From the human T2T-CHM13v2.0 reference genome, Homo sapiens, in the NCBI RefSeq assembly GCF_009914755.1, contig NC_060933.1: a DNA stretch of 64,000 bases. One strand, written 5' to 3'. Shown here one piece after another: positions 13,890-29,600 of this stretch; the first letter of the stretch is position 1; the number at the start of each line of letters is the position of its first letter. Below the pieces are notes generated by a model, which saw nothing but the letters and a program-made list of their open reading frames with translations, did no database searches and was not told where the DNA came from. The translations under genes were made by a program, and so were the position numbers.

Positions 13890-16800
13890 CCACTCCATTC
13901 CGTTCCATTCCATTCCGTTCCATTGTATTCGGGTTAATTCCATTCCATTCCATTCCATTCCATTCCATTCCATTACAATCGAGTTGATTCCATTCCATTC
14001 AATTCCATTCCATTCCATTCCAGTCCTTTCCATTCCATTCCACTCGGGTTGATTCCATTCTATTAGTTTCCATTCCATTCCATTCCCTTCCATTCCACTC
14101 TGGTTGATTCCATTCCTTTCCATTCCACTCGAATACATTCCCTCCTATTCCACTCGGAACGATTCCATTCCATTCCATTCCATTCCATTCCATTCCATTT
14201 CGTTCCATTCCATTCTATTCCATATCATTCCATTCCATTCCGTTCCATTCCATTCCATTCCATTCCACTCGTGTTGATTCCATTCCTTTCCATTCCATTC
14301 GGTTTGAAGGCATTCCATTCCATTGCATTCCATTCCATTCCGTTGTACTCGGGTTGATTCCATTCCATTGCATTCCATTCCATTCCATTCCATTCCATTC
14401 CCTTGCATTCCATTCCATTACATTCGGATTGATTCTATTCAAAGCCCTTACTCTCCATTACATTCCATTCCATACGGGTTGTTCCATTCCATACCATTCC
14501 ATTCCACTCCATTCCATTGCACTAGGGTTGATTGCATTCCATTCCATTCCATTCCATTCCAGATGATTCCATTCCATTGCATTCCGTTCCATTACATTCC
14601 CCTGCACTCGCGTTCATTCCATTCCATTCCATTCCATTCAATTCCATTCCATTACAATTCGTTGGATTCCATTCTATTCCGTACCATTCCATTCCATTGC
14701 ATACCATTCCATTCCATTCCATTCCATTCCATTCCATTCCATTCCATTCCATTCCATTGCATTCCATTCCATTCCATTCCATTCCATTCCATTCCGTTCC
14801 GTTCCATTCCATTCCATTCCATTCTATTCGGGTTAATTCCATTCCATTCCATTCGATTGCAATCGAGTTGATTCCATTCCATTCCATTCCATTCCATTCC
14901 ATTCCATTCCATTCCTTTCCATTCCATTACGGATGATTCCATTCCATTGCATTCCATTCCATTCCATTCCCCTGTACTCGGGTTGATTCCATTCCATTCC
15001 ATTCCAATCCATGCCATTCCACTCGTGTTGATTCCATTCTTTCCATTCCATTCAAGTTGAATCCATTCCATTGCATTCCATTCAATTTGATTCCATTCGA
15101 TTGCACTCGGGTTGATTCCATTCCATTGCATTCCATTCCATTCAATTCCATTCCATTCCATTCCATTCCATTCCATTCCATTACATTCCATTCCATTACA
15201 TTCGGATTGATTCTATTCAATTCCCTTACACTGCATTACATTCCATTCCATTCGGGTAGTTTCCATTCCATTCCATCCCATTCCTCTCCATTCCATTGCA
15301 CTCGGGTTGATTCCATTCCATTGCATTCCATTCCATTCCATTCAATTCCATTCCGTTCCATTCAATTCCATTACATGCGGATTGATTCTATTAAACTCCC
15401 TTACTCTCCATTCCATTCCATTCCATTCAGGTTGTTCCATTCCATTCCATTCCATTCCACTCCATTCCATTGCACTCGGGTTGATTCCATTCCATTCCAT
15501 TCCATTCCATTCCATTCCATTCCATTCCATTCCATTACAATCGAGTTGATTCCATTCCATTCCATTCCATTCCATTCCTTTCCATTCCATTCCACTCGGG
15601 TTGATTCCATTCTATTAGTTTCCATTCCATTCTATTGCCTTCCATTCCACTCTGGTTGATTCCATTCCTTTCCATTCCACTCGAATACATTCCCTCCTAT
15701 TCCACTCGGAACGATTCCATTCCATTCCATTCCATTCCATTCCATTCCATTCCATTTCGTTCCATTCCATTCTATTCCGTATCATTCCATTCCATTCCAT
15801 TCCATTCCATTCCATTCCATTCCATTCCATTGTACTCGGGTTGATTCCATTCCATTGCATTCCATTCCATTCCATTCCATTCCATTCCATTCCATTCCAT
15901 TCCATTGCATTCCGGAAGATTCCATTCCATTGCATTCCATTCCATTCCATTCCCCTGCACTCGCGTTGATTCCATTCCATTCCATTCCATTCCATTCCAT
16001 TCCATTCCATTGCATTCCTTTCCGTTCCATTCCATTCCATTCCATTCCATTCCAATCCATTCCATTCCGTTCCGTTCCGTTCCATTCCATTCCATTCCAT
16101 TCTATTCGGGTTAATTCCATTCCATTCCATTCCATTGCAATCGAGTTGATTCCATTCCATTATATTCCATTCCAATCCCTTCCTTTCCGTTCCATTCCAT
16201 TCCATTCCATGCCATTCCGTTCCGTTCCATTCCATTCCACTCCATTCTATTCGGGTTAATTCCATTCCATTCCATTCGATAGCAATCGAGTTGATTCCAT
16301 TCCATTCCATTCCATTGCATTCCATTCCATTCCATTCCATTCCTTTCCATTCCATTACGGATGATTCCATTCCATTGCATTCCATTCCATTCCATTCCCC
16401 TGTACTCGGGTTGATTCCATTCCATTCCATTCCAATCCATGCAATTCCACTCGTGTTGATTCCATTCTTTCCATTCCATTCAAGTTGAATCCATTCCATT
16501 GCATTCCATTCCATTCGATTCCATTCGGTTGCATTCGGGTTGATTCCATTCCATTGCATTCCATTCCATTCCATTCCATTCCATTCCATTCCATTCCATT
16601 CCTTTCCATTCCATTCCATTACATTCGGATTGATTCTATTCAATTCCCTTACACTCCATTACATTCCATTCCATTCGGGTAGTTTCCATTCCATTCCATT
16701 CCATTCCTCTCTATTCCATTGAACTCGGGTTGATTCCATTCCATTGCATTCCATTCCATTCCATTCAATTCCATTCCGTTCCATTCCATTCCATTACATT

Positions 16801-19800
16801 CGGATTTATTCTATTCAACTCCCTTACTCTCCATTACATTCCATTCCATTCGGATTGTTCCATTCCATTCCATTCCATTCCACTCCATTCCACTGCACTC
16901 GGGTTTATTCCATTGCATTCCATTCCATTCCATTCCATTCCATTCCATTCCGGAAGATTCCATTCCATTGCATTCCATTCCATTCCATTCCCGTGCACTC
17001 GCGTTGATTCCATTCCATTCCATTCCATTCCATTCCATTCCATTCCATTCCATTCCATTCCATTCCATTCCTTTCCGTTCCATTCCATTCAATTCCATTC
17101 CATTCCATTCCATTCCAATCCATTCCGTTCCGTTCCGTTCCGTTCCGTTCCATTCCATTCCATTCCATTCTATTCGGGTTAATTCCATTCCATTCCATTC
17201 GATTGCAATCGAGTTGATTCCATTCCATTCCATTCCATTCCATTCCATTCCATTCCATTCCATTCCTTTCCATTCCATTACGGATGATTCCATTCCATTG
17301 CATTCCATTCCATTCCATTCCCCTGTACTCGGGTTGATTCCATTCCATTCCATTCCAATCCATGCCATTCCACTCGTGTTGATTCCATTCTTTCCATTCC
17401 ATTCAAGTTGAATCCATTCCATTGCATTCCATTCCATTCCATTCCCCTGCAGTCGGGTTGTTTCCATTCCATTCCATTCCATTCCATTCCATTCCATTCC
17501 GTTCCGTTCCGTTCCATTCCATTCCATTCCATTCTATTCGGGTTAATTCCATTTCATTACATTCCATTCCATTCCATTCCATTCCAATCGAGTTGATTCC
17601 ATTCCATTCCATTCCATTCCATTCCACTCCATTCCAGTCCTTTCCATTCCATTCCACTCGGGTTGATTCCAATGTATTCCTTTCCATTCCATTCCATTCC
17701 ATTGCAATCGAGTTGATTCCATTGCTTTGCATTCCATTCCATTCCATTCCATTCCGGATGATTCCATTCCATTGCATTCCATTCCATTCCATTCCCCTGC
17801 ACTCGGGTTGATTCCATTCCATTCCACTCCATTCCGTTCCATTCCATTCCATTGCATTGTATTCGGGTTAATTCCATTCCATTCCATTCCATTCCATTCC
17901 ATTCCATTATAATCGAGTTGATTCCATTCCATTCCATTCCATTCCAGTCCTTTACATTCTATTCCTCTCGGGTTGATTCCATTCTATTAGTTTCCATTCC
18001 ATTCCATTCCCTTCCATTCCACTCTGGTTGATTCCATTCCTTTCCATTCCACTCGAATACATTCCCTCCTATTCCACTCGGAACGATTCCATTCCATTCC
18101 ATTCCATTCCATTCCATTCCATTTCGTTCCATTCCATTCTATTCCGTATCATTCCATTCCATTCCATTCCATTCCATTCCATTCCATTCCATTCCATTGT
18201 ACTCGGGTTGATTCCATTCCATTGCATTCCATTCCATTCCATTCCATTCCATTCCATTCCGTTCCATTCCATTCCATTACATTCGGATTGATTCTTTTCA
18301 ACTCCCTTACTCTCCATTACATTCCATTCCATTCGGGTTGTTCCATTCCATTCCATTCCATTCCACTCCATTCCATTGCACTCGGGTTGATTCCATTCCA
18401 TTCCATTCCATTCCATTCCGGATGATTCCATTCCATTGCATTCCGTTCCATTACATTCCCCTGCACTCGGGTTGATTCCATTCCATTCCATTCCATTCCA
18501 TTCGATTCCATTCCATTCCCCTGCACTCACGTTGATTCCATTCCATTCCATTCCATTCCATTGCATTCCATTCCATTCCATTCCATTCATTTCCATTCCA
18601 GTCTTTTCCATTCCATTCCACTCGGGTTGATTCCATTCTATTAGTTTCCATTCCATTCCATTCCCTTCCATTCCACTCTGGTTGATTCCATTCCTTTCCA
18701 TTCCACTCGAATACATTCCCTCCTATTCCACTCGGAACGATTCCATTCCATTCCATTCCATTCCATTCCATTCCATTCCATTTCGTTCCATTCCATTCTA
18801 TTCCGTATCATTCCATTCCATTCCATTCCATTCCATTCCATTCCATTCCATTCCATTCCATTCCACTCGTGTTGATTCCATTCCTTTCCATTCCATTCGG
18901 TTTGAAGGCATTCCATTCCATTCCATTCCATTCCATTCCATTCCATTCCATTGTACTCGGGTTGATTCCATTCCATTGCATTGCATTCCATTCCATTCCA
19001 TTCCATTCCATTCCATTCCTTTCCGTTCCGTTCCATTCCATTCCATTACATTCGGATTGATTCTATTCAATTCCCTTACACTCCATTACATTCCATTCCA
19101 TTCGGGTAGTTTCCATTCCATTCCATTCCATTCCTCTCCATTCCATTGCACTCGGGTTGATTCCATTCCATTGCATTCCATTCCATTCCATTCAATTCCA
19201 TTCCATTCCATTCCATTCCATTACATTCGGATTGATTCTATTCAACTCCCTTACTCTTCATTACATTCGATTCCTTTCGGGTTGTTCCCTTCCATTCCAT
19301 TCCATTCCACTCCATTCCATTGCACTCGGGTTGATTCCATTCCATTCCATTCCATTCCATTCCGGAAGATTCCATTCCATTGCATTCCATTCCATTCCAT
19401 TCCCCTGCTCTCGCGTTGATTCCATTCCATTCCATTCCATTCCATTCCATTCCGGAAGATTCCATTCCATTGCATTCCACTCCATTCCATTCCCCTGCTC
19501 TCGCGTTGATTCCATTCCATTCCATTCCATTCCATTCCATTCCATTCCTTTCCGTTCCATTCCATTCCATTCCATTCCATTCCAATCCATTCCATTCCGT
19601 TCCGTTCCGTTCCATTCCATTCCATTCCATTCTATTCGGGTTAATTCCATTCCATTCCATTCGATTGCAATCGAGTTGATTCCATTCCATTCTATTCCAT
19701 TCCATTCCATTCCTTTCCATTCCATTACGGATGATTCCATTCCATTGCATTCCATTCCATTCCATTCCCCTGTACTCGGGTTGATTCCATTCCATTCCAT

Positions 19801-22800
19801 TCCAATCCATGCCATTCCACTCGTGTTGATTCCATTCTTTCCATTCCATTCAAGTTGAATCCATTCCATTGCATTCCATTCCATTCCATTACCCTGCAGT
19901 CGGGTTGATTCCATTCCATTCTATTCCATTATATTACATTCCATTGCATTCCGTTCCGTTCCATTCCATTCTATTCCATTCTATTCGGGTTAATTCCATT
20001 CCATTCCATTCCATTCCATTCCAATCGAGTTGATTCCATTCCATTCCATTCCACTCCATTCCAGTCCTTTCAATTCCATTCCACTCGGGTTGATTCCAAT
20101 GTATTCCTTTCCATTCCATTCCATTCCATTGCAATCGAGTTGGTTCCATTGCTTTGCATTCCATTCCATTCCATTCCATTCCGGATGATTCCATTCCATT
20201 GCATTCCATTCCATTCCATTCCCCTGCACTCGGGTTGATTCCATTCCATTCCACTCCATTCCGTTCCATTCCATTCCATTCCATTGTATTCGGGTTAATT
20301 CCATTCCATTCCATTCCATTCCATTTCATTCCATTACAATCGAGTTGATTCCATTCCATTCCATTCCATTCCAGTCCTTTCCATTGCATTCCACTCGGGT
20401 TGATTCCATTCTATTAGTTTCCATTCCATTCCATTCCCTTCCATTCCACTCTGGTTGATACGATTCCTTTCCATTCCACTCGAATACATTCCCTCCTATT
20501 CCACTCGGAACGATTCCATTCCATTCCATTCCCTTACATTCCATTCCATTCCATTCCATTTCGTTCCATTCCATTCTATTCCGTATCATTCCATTCCATT
20601 CCATTCCATTCCATTCCATTCCATTCCATTCCATTCCACTCGTGTTGATTCCATTCCTTTCCATTCCATTCGGTTTAAAGGCATTCCATTCCATTCCATT
20701 CCATTCCATTCCATTCCGGATGATTCCTTTCCATTGCATTCCGTTCCATTACATTCCCCTGCACTCGGGTTGATTCCATTCCATTCCATTCCATTCGATT
20801 CCATTCCATTCTCCTGCACTCGCGTTGATTCCATTCCATTCCATTCCATTCCATTCCATTCCATTCCATTCCTTTCCATTCCAGTACTTTCCATTCCATT
20901 CCACTAGGGTTGATTCCATTCTATTAGTTTCCATTCCATTCCATTCCCTTCCATTCCAATCTGGTTGATTCCATTCCTTTCCATTCCACTCGAATACATT
21001 CCCTCCTATTCCACTCGGAACGATTCCATTCCATTCCATTCCATTCCAGTCCATTCCATTCCATTCCATTTCGTTCCGTTCCATCCTATTCCGTATCATT
21101 CCATTCCATTCCATTCCATTCCATTCCATTTCATTCCATTCCATTCCACTCGTGTTGATTCCATTCCTTTCCATTCCATTCGGTTTGAAGGCATTCCATT
21201 CCATCCCATTCCATTCCATTGTACTCGGGTTGATTCCATTCCATTGCATTCCATTCCATTCCATTCCATTCCATTCCGTTGCATTCCATTCCATTACATT
21301 CTGATTGATTCTATTCAACTCCCTTACTCTCCATTACATTCCATTCCATTCGGGTTGTTCCATTCCATTCCATTCCATTCCACTCCATTCCATTGCACTC
21401 GGGTTGATTCCATTCCATTCCATTCCATTCCATTCCATTCCGGATGATTCCATTCCATTGCATTCCGTTCCATTACATTCCCCTGCACTCGCGTTGATTC
21501 CATTCCATTCCATTCCATTCCATTGAATTCCATTCCATTACAATTCGTTCCATTCCATTCTATTCCGTACCATTCCATTCCATTCCATTCCATACCATTC
21601 CATTGCATTCCATTCCATTCCATTCCATTCCATTCCATTCCATTCCACTCCATTCCAGTCCTTTCCATTCCATTCCAATCAGGTTGATTCCATTCTATTC
21701 CTTTCCATTCCATTCCTTTCCATTGCAATCGAGTTGATTCCATTGCTTTGCATTCCATTCCATTCCATTCCATTCCGGATGATTCCATTCCATTGCATTC
21801 CATTCCATTCCATTCCCGTGCACTCGGGTTGAATCCATTCCATTCCACTCCATTCCGTTCCATTCCATTCCATTCCATTCCATTCCATTGTATTCGGGTT
21901 AATTCCATTCCATTCCGTTCCATTCCATTCCATTCCATTGCATTACAATCCAGTTGATTCCATTCCATTCCATTCCATTCCATTTCAGTCCTTTCCATTC
22001 CATTCCACTCGGGTTGATTCCAATCTAATCTATTAGTTTCCATTCCATTCCATTCCCTTCCATTCCACTCTGGTTGATTCCATTCCTTTCCATTCCACTC
22101 GAATACATTCTCTCCTATTCCACTCGGAACGATTCCATTCCATTCCATTCCAATCCATTCCATTGCACTCGGGTTGATTCCATTCCTTTCCATTCCATTC
22201 CATTCCATTCCGGATGATTCCATTCCATTGCATTCCGTTCCATTACATTCCCCTGCACTCGCGTTGATTCCATTCCATTCCATTCCATTCCATTCCATTC
22301 AATTCCATTCCATTACAATTCGTTCCATTCCATTCTATTCCGTACCATTCCATTCCACTCCATACCATTCCATTCTATTCCATTCCATTCCATTCCATTT
22401 CGTTCCATTCCGTTCCATTCCATTCCATTCCATTCTATTCGGGTTAATTCCATTCCATTCCATTCCATTCCATTCCATTCCATTCCATTCCATTCCATTC
22501 CATTCCAATCTATTCCATTCGATTGCAATCGAGTAGAATCCATTGCATTTCATTCCATTCCATTCCATTCCATTGCAATCGAGTTGAATCCATTGCATTT
22601 CATTCGATTCCATTCCATTCCATTCCATTCCGGAAGATTCCATTCCATTGCATTCCATTCCATTCCATTCCCCTGCACTCGCGTTGATTCCATTCCATTC
22701 CATTCCATTCCATTCCATTCCATTCCGTTCCGTTCCGTTCCGTTCCATTTCATTCCATTCCATTCCATTCCATTCCGTTCCGTTCCATTCCATTCCATTC

Positions 22801-23600
22801 CATTCTATTCGGGTTAATTCCATTCCATTCCATTCGATTGCAATCGAGTTGATTCCATTCCATTCGATTCCATTCCTTTCCATTCCATTCCATTCGAGTT
22901 GATTCCATTCCATTCCATTCCATTCCATTCCACTCCATTCCAGTCCTTTCCATTCCATTCCACTCGGGTTGATTCCATTCTATTCCTTTCCATTCCATTC
23001 CATTCCATTGCAATCGAGTTGATTCCATTGCTTTGCTTTCCATTCCATTCCATTCCATTCCGGATGATTCCATTCCATTGCATTCCATTCCATTCCATTT
23101 CCCTGCACTCGGGTTGATTCCATTCCATTCCACTCCATTCCCTTCCATTCCATTCCATTCCATTGTATTCGGGTTAATTCCATTCCATGCCATTTCATTC
23201 CATTCCATTCCATTCCATTCCATTCTATTACAATCGAGTTGATTCCATTCCATTCCATTCCATTCCATTCCATTCCATTCCATTCCAGTCCTTTCCATTC
23301 CATTCCACTCGGGTTGATTCCATTCTATTAGTTTCCATTCCATTCCATTCCCTTCCATTCCACTCTGGTTGATTCCATTCCTTTCCATTCCACTCGAATA
23401 CATTCCCTCCTATTCCACTTGGAACGATTCCATTCCATTCCATTCCATTCCATTTCATTCCATTTCCTTCCATTCCATTCTATTCCGTACCATTCCATTC
23501 CATTCCATTCCTTTCCATTCCATTCCATTCCATTCCACTCTTGTTGATTCAATTCCTTTCCATTCCATTCGTTTTGAAGGCATTCCATTCCATTCAATTC
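13890..23600 (+). repeat. Sub-type A block
   Basis: The GAATACATTC(C/T)CTCCTATTCC landmark occurs at ~14131, 15684, 18054, 18709, 20482, 20992, 22101 and 23396. GGTTTGAAGGC and GGAAGATTCC modules are present, and B modules are not seen. Confidence 0.75.
19359..19463. promoter_or_regulatory. Pair of perfect heat-shock element motifs 90 bp apart (duplicated at 36167-36271)
   Basis: ATTCCGGAAGATTCC at 19359-19373 and 19449-19463, created by a local 90-bp duplication. Confidence 0.5.
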
Positions 23601-26600
23601 CATTCCATTCCCTTCCATTCCATTCCATTCCATTCCATTCCATTCCATTCCATTCTATTCGGGTTAATTCCATTCCATTCCATTCCATTCCATTCCATTC
23701 CATTCCATTCCATTCCATTCCATTGCAATCGAGTTGATTCCATTCCATTCCATTCCATTCCATTCCATTCCATTCCGTTCCATTCCATTCCATTACATTC
23801 GGATTGATTCTTTTTAATTCTCTTACACTCCATTCCATTCCATTCCATTCGGGTACTTTCCATTCCATTCCATTCCATTCCACTGCATTCTATTGCACTC
23901 GGGTTCATTGATTCCATTCCATTGCATTGCATTCCATTCCATTCCCCTGCACTCGGGTTGATCCCATTTCATTGCATTCCATTCCATTCCATTCCATTCC
24001 ATTCCATTCCGTTCCATTCCATTCCATTCCATTCTGTTCAGGTTAATTCCATTCCATTCCATTCCCTTCCATTCCGTTCCATTCCATTCCATTCCATTCT
24101 GTTCAGGTTAATTCCATTCCATTCCATTCCCTTCCATTCCATTCCATTCCATTCCATCCCATTTCAATCTAGTTGATTCCATTGCATTCCATTCCATTCC
24201 ATTCCATTCCATTGCATTCCATTCCATTCCATTCACCTGCACTCAGATTGATTCCATTCCATCCCATTCCATTCCATTCCGTTCCATTCCATTCCATTCC
24301 ATTCTATTCGCGTTAATTCCATTCCATTCCATTCCATTACATTCCATTGCAATCGAGTTGATTCCATTCCATTCCGTTCCATTCCATTCCATTCCATTCC
24401 ATTTCGTTCCATTCCATTTTATTCTGTACCATTCCATTCCATTCCATTCCATTCCATTCCATTCCATGCCATTCCACTCGGGTTGATTCCATTGCTTTCC
24501 ATTCCATTTGGGTTGAATCCTATCCATTCCATTCCATTCCATTCCATTCCATTCCATTCCATTCCATTGCACTAGGTTTGATTACATTCCACGGCATTCC
24601 ATTCCATTCCATTCCGTTCCATTCCATTCCATTATATTCGGATTGATTGTATTCAATTCCCTTACACTCCATTACATTCCATTCCATTCGGGTTGTTTCC
24701 ATTCCATTTCATTCCATTCCACTCCATTCCATTGCACTCAGGTTGATTCCATTCCATTCCATTCCATTCCATTCCATTCCATTTCGTTCCATTCCATTCT
24801 ATTCCGTACCATTCCATTCCATTCCATTCCATTCCATACCATTCCACTCAGGTTTATTACATTCCTTTCCATTCCATTCGGGTTGAATCCATTCCATTCC
24901 ATTCCCTTCCATTACATTCCATTCCATTCCTTTGCACTCGGTTTGATTCCATTCCATTCCCTGCCATTCCATTTCATTCCATTCCATTCCATTCCATTCC
25001 ATTCCATTCCATTCCATTCCGTTCCATTCCATTCCATTACATTCGGATTGATTGTATTCAATTCCCTTAAACTCCATTACATTCCATTCCATTTGGGTTG
25101 TTTCCGTTCCGTTACATTCCATTCCACTCCATTCCATTGCACTCAGGTTGATTCCATTCCATTCCATTTCGTTCCATTCCATTCTATTCCGTACTATTCC
25201 ATTCCATTCCATTCCATTCCATGCCATTCCACTCGGGTTGATTCCATTCCTTTCCATTCCATTCGGGTTGAATCCATTCCATTCCATTCCATTGCATTCC
25301 ATTCCATTCCATTCCCCTGCAATCGGGTGGATTCCATTATATTCCATTCCATTCCATTCATTCCATTCCATTCCATTCCATTTCGTTCCATTCCATTCTA
25401 TTCCGTACCTTTCCATTCCATTCCATTCCATTCCATTCCGTACCATGCCATTCCACTCGGGTTGATTCCATTCCTTTCCATTCCATTCTAGTTGAATCCA
25501 TTCCATTGCATTCCATTCCATTCGATTCCATTCAATTGCACACGGGTTCATTCCATTCCATTCCATTCCATTCCATTCTATTCCGTTCCATTCCATTCCA
25601 TTTCGTTCCATTCCATTCTATTCCGTACCATTCCCTTCCATTCCATTCCATTCCACTCCGTTCCATGCCATTCCTCTCGGGTTTATTCCATTCCTTTCCA
25701 TTCCATTCGGGTTGAATCCATTCCATTCCATTCCATTCCATTCCATTCCATTCCATTCCTTTCCATTCCATGCCATTCCACTCGGGTTGATTCCATTCCT
25801 TTCCATTCCATTCGAGTTGAACAAATTCCATTCCATTCCATTCCATTCCATTCCATTCCATTGCTCACGGGTTCATTCAATTCCATTCCATTCCATTCCA
25901 TTCCATTTCGTTCCATTCCATTCTACTCCGTACCATTCCATTCCATTCCATTCCCTTCCATGCCATTTCACTCGGGATTATTCCTTTCCTTTCCATTCCA
26001 TTCGGGTTGAATCCATTCCATTCCATTCCTTTGCATTCCATTCCATTCCATTCCCCTGTAATCGGGTGGATTCCATTCTATTCCATTCCATTCCATTCCA
26101 TTCCATTCCATCCCATTCCATTCCATTTCGTTCCATTCCATTCTATTCCGTACCTTTCCATTCCATTCCATTCCATTCCATTCCATTCCATGCCATTCCA
26201 CTCGGGTTGATTCCATTGCTTTCCATTCCATTTGGGTTGAATCTAATCCATTCCATTCCATTCCATTCCATTCCATTCCATTCCATTGCACTAGGTTTGA
26301 TTCCATTTCACTGCATTCCATTCCATTCCATTCCATTAAATTCCATTCCACTCGGGTTGATTCCATTCCTTTACATTCCATTCGTGTTGAATCCATTCCA
26401 TTCCATTCCATTACTTTCGATTCCATTCCATTGCACTCGGGTTGAACCCATTCCATTGGATTCCATTCCATTCCATTGCATTCCATTCCGTTCCATTCCA
26501 TTCCATTACATTCGTATTGATTCTATTCAATTCCCTTACACTCCATTCCATTCCATTCCATTCCATTCGGGTTGTTTCCATTCCATTCCATTCCATTCCA

Positions 26601-29600
26601 CTCCATTCCATTGCAATCCGGTTGATTCCATTCCATTCCATTCCATTCCATTCCGTATGATTCCATTCCATTGCATTCCATTCCATTCCATTCCCCTGCA
26701 CTCGGGTGGATTCCATTCTATTCCATTCCATTCCATTCCACTCTATTCCATTCCATTCCATTCCATTCCATTCCATTCCATTCCATTCTATTCGGGTTAA
26801 TTTCATTCCATTCCATTCCATTCCATTCCATTCCATTCCATTCCATTGAAATCGAGTTGATTCCTTTTCATTCCATTCCATTCCATTCCATTCCATTCCA
26901 TTCCATTGCATTCTATTCCGGTTAATTCCATTCCATTCCATTCCATTCCATTCCCTTCCATTCCATTCCATTCCATTCTATTAGGGTTAATTCCATTCCA
27001 TTCCATTCCATTACATTCCATTGCAATCGAGTTGATTCCATTCCATTCCATTCCATTCCATTCAATTCCGGATGATTGCATTCCATTGCCTTCCATTCCA
27101 TTCCATTCACCTGCACTCGGGTTGATTCCATTCCATTCCTTTCCATTCCATTCCATTCCATTCCATTCCATTCTATTAGGGTTAATTCCATTCCATTCCA
27201 TTCCATTACATTCCATTGCAATCGAGTTGATTCCATTGCATTCCATTCCATTCCATTCAATTCCGGATGATTGCATTCCATTGCCTTCCATTCCATTCCA
27301 TTCACCTGCACTCGGGTTGATTCCATTCCATTCCTTTCCATTCCATTCCATTCCATTCCATTCCATTCCATTCCATTCCATTTCGTTTCATTCCGTTCTA
27401 TTCCGTACCATTCCATTCCATTCCATTCCATTTCATTCCATTCCATTCCATGCCATTCCACTCGGGTTGATTCCATTCCTTTCCATTCCATTCGACTTGA
27501 ATCCATTCCATTCCATTCCATTCCATTCGATTCCATTCCATTGCACACTGGTTCATTCCATTCCATTCCATTCCTTTCCATTCCATTCCATTGCACACGG
27601 GTTCATTCCATTCCATTCCATTCCATTACATTACATTCCATTTCGTTCCATTCCATTCTATTCCGTACCATTCCATTCCATTCCATTCCATTCCATTCCA
27701 TTCCACTCCATTCCATGCCATTCCACTCGGGTTTATTCCATTCCTTTCCATTCCATTCGGGTTGAATCCATTCCATTCCATTCCATTCCATTCCATTCAA
27801 TTCCATTACATAGCACTCGGGTTGATTCCATTGCATTCCATTCCATTCCATTGCATTCCATTCCATTCCATTCCATTCCATTGCATTCCATTCAATGCCA
27901 TTCCACTCGGGTTGATTCCATTCCTTTCCATTCCATTCGAGTTGAACCCATTCCATTCCATTCCATTCCATTCCATTCCATTGCAATCCAATTGATTCCA
28001 TTCCATTCCATTCCATTCCATTCCATTCCATTCAATTCCATTCCATTGCACTAGGTTTGATTCCATTCCACTGCATTCCATTCCATTCCATTCCATTCCG
28101 TTCCATTCCATTCCATTACATTCGGTTTGATTGTATTCAATTCCCTTACACTCCATTTCATTCCATTCCATTCAGGTTGTTTCCATTCCATTCCAATCCA
28201 TTCCACTCCATTCCATTGCACTCGGGTTGATTGCATTCCATTCCATTCCATTCTACTCCATTTCGTTCCATTCCATTCTATTCGGTAGCATTCCATTCCA
28301 TTCCATTCCAATCCATTCCATTCCATGCCATTCCACTTGGGTTGATTCCCTTCCTTTCCATTCCATTCGGGTTGAATCCATTCCATTCCATTCCATTCCA
28401 TTCCATTCCCTTCCATGCCATTTCACTCGGGATTATTCCTTTCCTTTCCATTCCATTCGGGTTGAATCCATTCCATTCCATTCCTTTGCATTCCATTCCA
28501 TTCCATTCCCCTGTAATCGGGTGGATTCCATTCTATTCCATTCCATTCCATTCCATTCCATTCCATCCCATTCCATTCCATTTCGTTCCATTCCATTCTA
28601 TTCCGTACCTTTCCATTCCATTCCATTCCATTCCATTCCATGCCATTCCACTCGGGTTGATTCCATTGCTTTCCATTCCATTTGGGTTGAATTTAATCCA
28701 TTCCATTCCATTCCATTCCATTCCATTCCATTGCACTAGGTTTGATTCCATTTCACTGCATTCCATTCCATTCCATTCCATTAAATTCCATTCCACTCGG
28801 GTTGATTCCATTCCTTTCCATTCCATTCGTGTTGAATCCATTCCATTCCATTCCATTACTTTCGATTCCATTCCATTGCACTCGGGTTGAACCCATTCCA
28901 TTGGATTCCATTCCATTCCATTGCATTCCATTCCGTTCCATTCCATTCCATTACATTCGTATTGATTCTATTCAATTCCCTTACACTCCATTCCATTCCA
29001 TTCCATTCCATTCGGGTTGTTTCCATTCCATTCCATTCCATTCCACTCCATTCCATTGCAATCCGGTTGATTCCATTCCATTCCATTCCATTCCATTCCG
29101 CATGATTCCATTCCATTGCATTCCATTCCATTCCATTCCCCTGCACTCGGGTGGATTCCATTCTATTCCATTCCATTCCATTCCACTCTATTCCATTCCA
29201 TTCCATTCCATTCCATTCCATTCCATTCCATTCCATTCTATTCGGTTTAATTTCATTGCATTCCATTCCATTCCATTCCATTCCATTCCATTCCATTGAA
29301 ATCGAGTTGATTCCATTTCATTCCATTCCATTCCATTCCATTCCATTCCATTCCATTCCATTGCATTCTATTCCGGTTAATTCCATTCCATTCCATTCCA
29401 TTCCATTCCCTTCCATTCCATTCCATTCCATTCTATTAGGGTTAATTCCATTCCATTCCATTCCATTACATTCCATTGCAATCGAGTTGATTCCATTCCA
29501 TTCCATTCCATTCCATTCAATTCCGGATGATTGCATTCCATTGCCTTCCATTCCATTCCATTCACCTGCACTCGGGTTGATTCCATTCCATTCCTTTCCA

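Larger units (their letters stand above)
11551..28388 (+). repeat. ~16.8-kb tandem duplication, copy 1
   Basis: Rare variants and ORF-track entries recur at offsets of 16808-16843 (11585->28423, 13104->29947, 15615->32443, 19157->35965, 21679->38492, 25492->42310, 28131->44969). Confidence 0.92.
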
